A stretch of DNA of 64,000 nt, taken from NCBI GenBank assembly GCA_905178155.1, contig CAJINV010000015.1:1728538-1792537 (forward strand), written 5' to 3'. A program made the translations under genes and the position numbers. Below are positions 50,201 through 64,000 of this stretch, piece by piece. Under the pieces are notes generated by a model. The model saw only the letters and a list, made by a program, of their open reading frames with translations, was not told where the DNA came from and did not search any database. Within the stretch, counting starts at the first letter, position 1, and every line of letters begins with the position of its first letter. Source of the stretch: Amoebophrya sp. A120 (Eukaryota > Protista > Dinoflagellata).

Positions 50201-51703
50201 GGACCATTTTCGTCGGGAGTGGGAGCAGCGGGTGCGGGTCCTAGTAGCAGCGGAACACCAGCACCAGCAGAGGGTTCAGCTACAGGTACTACAGATGGTG
50301 CAAGTAGCTCCACACCTGGGGCAGCAACTCTTTCTGATCCTGCCAAAGCAGCTACGAAGCCTCGTCGCTCCAGCTCGTCGAAAAGCAAAACCAGGATCAT
50401 TTTGGTGGCTGAGCCGCAAGTAGCACAGGGATATACCCATCCGCAGTCCGACGCGGAGCAGACTCAAGGAGCTGCTAGTGGTAGTGCTGGCCCCGCATCA
50501 CAAACTTCTCAGCAGCAGCCGGATTTCAACGATCCAGAGTGGAATCCGTGGTGGGATGACGCACTGGAGATGATCGACCAAAACAGCAGACGCAAGCGCT
50601 TCTACCGCTGCACCAGCGCACCGGATCTGAAGAAGCCGGAGGTGAGGTCCGCTTCCGCCGGAGCGGGGGCAGCCGCGGGGGCTGGAACGGCTGCAACTAC
50701 ACCAATTAATACGGTTCGTGGTGCTGGTAGTTCCTCAGCTTTAGGAACAACTACTTCTTCTACGCCTGGAGCTGCGTCCTCCGGTAGTCGTGCCGGCAAT
50801 AAACATCCCCGCGATGTGAGCAGGCCCCGGGTGCTGTTCCAAACGCCAATTTCCACTACTGGTGGCGCATCCTCGTCGTCTTCAAGTGGTGCGGCGGGCA
50901 CGACAACGCCTCCAAATTCATTTACTGGTGCGAGTAGAAGATCTGGACGAGGAGAAGATCATAGAGCTGGAGATGACATCTTCAGCACGCCATTGCCTGG
51001 TATTGGTATTGGAAGCGGCCGCGCTCCTTCTGCCGCGACGCCATCCACGGCAACGCCGGGTGGAACAACAGCAGCTGGTGGTAGCAGTTCCAAAAGGCAG
51101 GCTGCACCGACGAGAGATGCCATCAAAGCGTCATTATTCCACGGTGCCCCAGCTGCAAATCAACCACAACCTCCCTCCTCCAGCCGGAGAAGCTGTAGTA
51201 CGCCGGGGATGACCACGACCAGTTCCGGATCTGCGTTGCGCGACTGGGAAAGGCATTGTCAGAAACAAGGTGGCGCAGGAGCTTCAAGCGCAACTGGGCT
51301 TCGGCGACAGAAGAGCAGTGCTAGTCTGCATGACAGGTCTGCTTCGTTGAAGCAGACACAAGGCCCAAACACGCCCTTCGTTACGCACATGACTTTTAAG
51401 GGGGAAATTCATGGGAAAATGAAATTCAACGCCATTATGCAGCAACCAAACCCGGAGATGGATGGGCCAGCGGAGGTTGGGCAATCTTCAGGCTCGGCGG
51501 CTTCTGGTGCAGCGCCTGCTGCGGCTTCCGGTCCTGCTGGTGCAAAGTCTCAGCAGTCTTCTGACGACTCTGGCTCCTCATCTGACACTGTGGAGGACGA
51601 AGCTGCCAGAGCGGCGCGGATCCGAAGGGAATTGCTGGCCCAGGGATATACGGAGCAGAGATTGGATGGCATGTTGATTGCAGAGTGCGAATGGACGGAT
51701 TGA
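44264..51703 (+). CDS. ~2441-aa Ser/Ala/Gly-rich putatively secreted protein with one introner (48263-48371)
   Basis: Element + 5 nt removal fuses ORFs 44264..48316 and 48392..51703 in frame (VDDAAPVDMKD); N-terminal hydrophobic signal-like segment. Confidence 0.82.
48263..48371. mobile_element. Introner family L, 109 bp with perfect 30-bp TIR (TATTCCCTGAAAATTACCCATCCCCATCCA)
   Basis: DR acgat/acgat. Confidence 0.95.
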
Positions 51704-53301
51704 TACCGCGAAAGACTTGCAGACTGAGAATGAATGGACGGATTCAACAGATCGTGAAGGAACAGGAAGTACTTACATTTCTTGCAGCAGCAGCCTTGTT
51801 ACTCTTTAGAAATTCATATTTGTTGTCGACTAGGTAAGTAAGATCACCACAAGAAAAGAGCACACAACAACGATAACGAACTTGAAATTTTGGAATTGAT
51901 ATTCAGATGGCGCACAATTAAGTACGAAATTGTGTCGATAAAAAGTTTTGATGTAGTCTACTTCAGCATAAATCACATGATAGTTGTCTTGCACGAATCC
52001 ATCCTAACACAGCCCGAGGCTGCTTGAGTAAATTAATTACAAACTTCCAGCTGAAGATCGAGCGCTTCATCATGGGAATGACTACCTCGTTCTCAAAGCC
52101 TCGTGTTTTTTTCAGCTTGGACAACCGCGATTCTTTTTTGCTTGTATTTCTACGGGGGCCTCATCCCGGTAGGCGAGCAAGACGGAAGGCGGTTGAATTA
52201 AAGACTTTTATACTTCAGACTTCCTAAATTCGCATTGCAACTACACCTTTTGCTGCATCTAATAGGACTCGTCTTGCACACTAATTAGATTTTTCTCATC
52301 ACGACCCGACTGAAAATTTCTATTTGCGGTCGCTTACATATAATCGGCATTTTTTTGGTCTTTCCGAAAACCGATTACGCCATCTTCGCAGCTAGACATG
52401 TAGTAGAAGACGTACTTCTCACTAGAACATTTACTCATGAATCATACTTTCGTGGCGGTTTAACCGCTATCGCTTTAAGAAGAGTTTTACTTTTATCGTC
52501 ACAGTTTTTTCCATCTTCCAGCTGATGTTGAGCATGAGCACACCAGTCACATAGCAAGTCAAAATAGCTGAAACAAGTCCAAGTAAGTAAGTAGTCCATA
52601 GTACGCTCAAAGTAGTTTTAGTTTTTCTACTTTGCAAGAGAAATGCTTTCGCTTTCCACCTATGAAGCATCACTGCGAGGACCCACTGTTGCGGTTCTTT
52701 CTTTCTGCAGAAATGCAGAAGGTTTCGTGCAAAAACAAAATAAACACCGAGCATCGTGTTCTACCACCATCTCCTGTGTAGGAGAAGATCAGATAAAACC
52801 ATGTCATCGTGCAAAGGAGAGTGAACAATTACTTGGCGTCTACTGCAACATCAGTCCAGCTTCGGTTTTCGTTCTTTTCCATGCAAAAGATTACGTCCAT
52901 ATTGGTCTACTTGGTCTTGTACATTACGTCCAAAAACAAGAAGACCGCCACATCTACTTGTCGTGCAAGAACTGTTAATCGAGCGTGCCCTGCTGCAAAT
53001 CGTTTTTTCTTCGTCCAATGTCTCCGTTCTCTTCAATCACTCAGTAGCAGTACTTGTTCAAAGTGAAAATGATTTATTCCAGACTCAAATCTAAATCTTC
53101 CCCGCAGAGACTCAAGCCAGAATTGCAACCCATACTCATCGCAAGAACGCATCATAAATACATTTTGCTCATTGTTGTGTCTGTTGTTCGAACATCTACA
53201 TCGTTGTAAAAACATTTTTGTGGCGCTAGAAGGCGGACAGCTAGTACACAGTTTTGGATTTTAATCAAAACCAATCAAGCAACCCCCACCAAACCGAAAC
53301 C

Positions 53302-56300
53302 ATGCCTCCGAAGAAGCAGCAAACTCCGGCGTCGAACAAGCGCGGCTCCGCCGCCGCAAGTTCATCGTCCACCGCGATCAACCAGCCCCCGACGAAGAAG
53401 CAGAAGCAACAGGAGGTGAATTACCGCATCGAGAAGATCGAGCGGGTATCAAATGTAAAAATGTCTGGGTCTGGAAGATTCTGACACTTGTCATGCACGT
53501 TCTGCATGAGCCATGATGTCTGTGATGCATACCCTAGCAATGCAGATTTTTTGAGGGCTTCTTGATGCGTATTCCGCATGACAAATGCCTTCTCAGCGTA
53601 GCAAAAATTGTATTTCCTTTGGTACTCATGCAATACAGATTTTTTTGGAAACCAAATGCAGCATCACAAGTTGCATTCTTCCAGACCCAGACATTTTTAC
53701 ATTTGATAGCGGGTGCTGCAGAAATCCGAGGACGAGTTGATCAAAACGATGCTGCAGGAATGCTGCTATGGATGTGTCAGAGTTGAAATCGAGAAAGTTG
53801 AAATAATTTGTCATGCATAAAATGGATGCCAGTTGGAACCTAGTTTCCAAGTGGCGCATGACAAATTTCGGTGGTCCCTAAATCCAGTTTGTCATGCTGT
53901 TTAGGCAAAGAAGAGCGATTTTCTCATGCTACTTTAGCAGCTCGAGCTGTAACCCCAACCAGGCTGACAATCGGCCTCATTTGCCTGCTCTGCAACACAC
54001 GTACCTCGGGCCATGCATTTTATGCATTACAAAGTATTTCAACTTTGACGATTTCAAACCTGACGCTTCCATAGCTGCAAGGACGCGTTTATCGGTGCGA
54101 ATCAGGACATGGAGCAAATGCTGCAGCACGTGGCTGCGGGGGGAACTGCAAGTGGTGGGAGCAGCAGTTCATCCTCCTCCAGTGCGGCTCCAGGTTCATC
54201 TCTGAACCTCCGGTCTTCCTCCATTGCTTCCCAAAAATACGGCTCGCACGGCAGGAATTTCGAGTACGAAACGCTGCAACTGATCTACAATGCGATCAAC
54301 GATTTGAAGACGAAGGCAACGATTCGGAAGGAAGACGCGGAGTCGCTCCGGTCCACTCAGAATTTGGAGAAGGACGACGTGAAACACAAACTCGAGCTCC
54401 TCGTATGGAATGCAAATATGTCTGGGTCTGGAAGAATGCACATTTGTCATGCTTGTCTGGCATGAATCTTGAATCTGTGATGCATGAGCAGGAAAAGGGC
54501 CTATTGCCTGTCACGCAAAAACGCAGTTTGTCATGCGGCAAACGCAACACTAAGCAGCGCAGACCTTTCTCATGCAAAGCTATGCATTCCAGAGCATAAT
54601 TCACTATTCCCAACCAAGCATTACAAGTTTTCAGACCCCAACATATTTGCAGTTCATACCTGGCGGTGCAGTCCAACTTGAAAAAGGAAGACTTGAAGGC
54701 CGCCCTGAAATACGAGGCGGAGAACAAGTATGGATGTGTCAGGATCGAAATCGACAAAATCGAAAAATTTGTGATGCGTAAAATGTAGAGCACTGAAGGC
54801 CTGTATTGGGGAGCAGGCATATGAGACCGATTGTAAGCCTGTTTAGGGGTATGCAATGCGCTGGCAGAGTAGCATGACAGGAGCAGTCTTCTTGCCCAAA
54901 CAGCATGACAGACTGGATTTTGGTGCTCCCGAAATTTGTCATGCGCCACTTGAAAGCTGAGGCTCCAACTGACATCGATTCTGTGCATCACAAATTTTTC
55001 GATTTTGTCAATTTCGATTCTGGCACTCCCATAACAAGGAAAAGAGGAAAAAAATGACGAACGAAGCGAAGAAAGCGGAGAAGCAGGTGGGGGTCGAAAC
55101 CGGGAAATTGCAGGAACTGAAGGATTATGCGGTGCAAAAGTATCGTATTCGTATATATGCAAGTCTTGCATTACAAATCTTTCTTTTAAGGTAAATCAGC
55201 GTTACAAATTTCATTTCTCATGCTGAGAAAATTTGTAATGCATTTATACGAATACGATACTTTTGCAGTTCATAAGGATGAAATCGAAAATTGCAGGAAG
55301 GAGTATTTGGAATTCCGCAGCATGATGACGGTCGGACCGCTATCCTGAGTAAAAACGTACCCACACCAGAGTTGTAATGCAGATTTGCAAAGACAGGAAG
55401 ACTTGTAATGCGCATCCCCATGAGAGCCATTTCCTGTCGTGTTTTGAAATTTGTGATGCTGTGAACAGGATGAGCAAATGAATCTGTGACGCGGCTGCAC
55501 TGGCTAACCTGCACTACACTGCAGAGTGCAACTTGTCATGCGTGACTCACAAAACCCCTAGGTTTGTGTTGCAAAATCCCCATCCTAGTAACTCTGGCGT
55601 GGGTACGTTTTTACTCAGGATAACCGCAGAACGCTCCGAATCCCATTCCGGCAGCAGCTTCTTCTTCTTCTTCTTCGAAAAAGGCAGGAAACAAGAAGGA
55701 GGAAGAATCAAACCCTGCGCGGAAGATGGTCCACGCCTTCTTAAAGAAGCTGAAACTCGAAGACTCGCTCATGTCCGCCGCGCCGAAGGCTCTGGAAAAG
55801 AAACCGCACGACCGGTCGAAGTTCGAATCTGCGGCGATTGAGGCGGTCAAAGTGGAATACGAGACGCAATTCCTGCCGAAAATGCAGCAAGAAAGGGATT
55901 CTCAAAACGAGAAACTCCACGGCAGCCGAGCCGCCAGCGATGACTTGCAGAGTCAGGTATGGATTTTTGATGAAATTTGAATTTGTTCTATTTCGGTTTA
56001 TAATTGTTTGAATTCGTAGTTTAGATTTCGAAGCGAATTTTCTTTTCGTTGTCCTGGTCATGCAGAAACGCATGAGAAACTAGAGCTCTCATGTAGAAGA
56101 ATCGCATGAGAAATAGCTGCCGAACATAACAAATCAGCTCTCCTCACTCAATATGATCACCGAAACTGCGATCGAGCGGGTCCAGCAGTTGACTAAAGAA
56201 GCGGACGACATGGACGATATCGCGACGGATCTGGAGCAACGAGCCAAGGATTTGAAGAAATCCTTTTCGGACTCGGAGAAAAATTTGAACTCTGCGTTGT

Positions 56301-56359
56301 TGGACGTGCAGGAAGCGGAGGAAGCGCTGACGTTTTTGCGCGAGGTGATGAACTTGTGA
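53302..56359 (+). CDS. Hypothetical coiled-coil protein, ~428 aa, basic N-terminus; 6 introners and 1 GT-AG intron (55957-56137)
   Basis: Continuous frame after removal (spliced CDS 1287 nt); E/K-rich helical sequence. Confidence 0.8.
53447..53708. mobile_element. Introner family C
   Basis: DR gcggg/gcggg. Confidence 0.92.
53767..54073. mobile_element. Introner family B
   Basis: DR gctgc/gctgc. Confidence 0.92.
54404..54658. mobile_element. Introner family C
   Basis: DR cctcg/cctgg. Confidence 0.88.
54729..55033. mobile_element. Introner family B
   Basis: DR acaag/acaag. Confidence 0.92.
55126..55274. mobile_element. Introner family D
   Basis: DR aggat/aggat. Confidence 0.92.
55341..55622. 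mobile_element. Introner family A
   Basis: DR accgc/accgc. Confidence 0.92.
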
Positions 56360-57652
56360 CGAACGAGGGATTTGCCTTTGTTTTTCGGATGTGGCCATTG
56401 CATGACAGGTAGTTTTGCCCTCTTGCATGTTCTGTTTTGATTCTCTCGAGAAGAAGTGTGATTTTCATTTTTCAGGGACAAGAAGTATGAATATTTTCAG
56501 CTTCTTGATGCGCTTTCGCTTGCCTGACAGGTATTTTTGTACAATAGCCGTCAAGTTGCAGTAGTTCTTTCTCAACCGACGTTTTTCTTTTTCCAATTGT
56601 AGTTATTCACTTTAACTTTTTCAGACTACCCACCAGAGAAAAAATTTTCCAGCACGCCTCAACCTTACAGTACACTAGAAGCCTAACCACCTCGCTATCA
56701 CTTGATCATCTTTTGCCAGTAGCCCTGGTCGTGCAACTTTATCGCCTTTCGTGTTTTATTTCACTCAGTATTATCGGGATCCCGTGGCCGTGCCCGTCAA
56801 CATCAACACTTCGTAGAGCGAAGTGATCTGTTAAGCTACCCATCCAGTTGAAAGTGAGTTAGAAAATCCATACTGCAGGTAAGGTTTTTAACTAGGTATA
56901 CCAGCCGAAATATATATGCACCTCTCTGCCCCGACAACAAGTTGGTAAATTCTCATAACTCGAAAAACATCGAAAACGCAAGCCAGCGTGATTCGCCGGC
57001 TAGAGCCAGCCTAGACGGCCTATTGCACCATTGTTCTTCGAAGTCCTCGCAGAAGAAAGTGTCTGGTGTGTTTCATGATTCAGATCAGCCCGATCCGTTG
57101 TTTATGCCATCATGCCGTTTTCTCCGATACGGTAACAAGCATCTTCACAGTCTCACTACAAAGTTTCGGCTCGCCGAGCAGGTCATGATGATTTCGATTC
57201 GGTTTCTGAACAAGTAGATCTTCGGTCCTTGTTTTTTCGAAGAGGAATCATGAGGTCGAGCAGGAGATTTATTACAATTGTGCTTGCGCGAACAAGGTGG
57301 GGGCGAGAGAATCAGGAGTTTTTTCCTTTTTTGAACATGTTGATGGGGATGACCCCCGAGAGGGTAGGGTGGTACTTAGTTATAGTTTGGTACTACTCGC
57401 AATTTTTACACGGACATGATGGTTTTCATCATGATCGATCTAGCGCATCATCATCACAACTTCGCAGTACACTTTTGCCCTGAAGACCTTGCAGAAGCAG
57501 AAAGGCATTGCTGTACGTAAAGCACAAGCGCCGGGTCTTCATCACATCACACTCTAAAAAGCCTAAGCTTCCAACTGCTAGCTAAAAGGAGGACGAAGAG
57601 TGTGGATCAAGCAAAGTATAGAATTCTCGCAACGTCAAAAAGAAACCAAAAC

Positions 57653-64000
<6,348 letters not shown>

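Overview
Eukaryotic (alveolate-like) genomic DNA; the architecture suggests a parasitic dinoflagellate such as Amoebophrya (inference). All 11 supportable genes lie on the + strand: a partial membrane-protein gene, acyl-CoA oxidase, two pairs of paralogous low-complexity putatively secreted proteins, a papain-family cysteine protease, a glutathione S-transferase, two hypothetical proteins and a thiolase cut by the window end. The dominant feature is a mobile non-canonical intron (introner/MITE) system. I mapped 57 complete and 2 truncated elements of about 13 terminal-inverted-repeat (TIR) families, 109-470 bp long. Nearly all begin TAT and end ATA, are flanked by a 5-bp direct repeat (DR) of arbitrary sequence, carry the shared motif GCATNACAA/TTGTNATGC, and several families occur in both orientations. 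Removing element + 5 nt restores the reading frame at all 55 coding sites. Mismatched DRs inside conserved protein motifs place the junctions 1 nt before TAT and 4 nt after ATA. Several GT-AG introns look like decayed versions of these elements. Also present: empty-site paralogs, a non-LTR-retrotransposon-like insertion with a 15-bp TSD, a nested insertion, a hairpin satellite and a triplicated exon segment in the thiolase. All coordinates and counts were read by hand.
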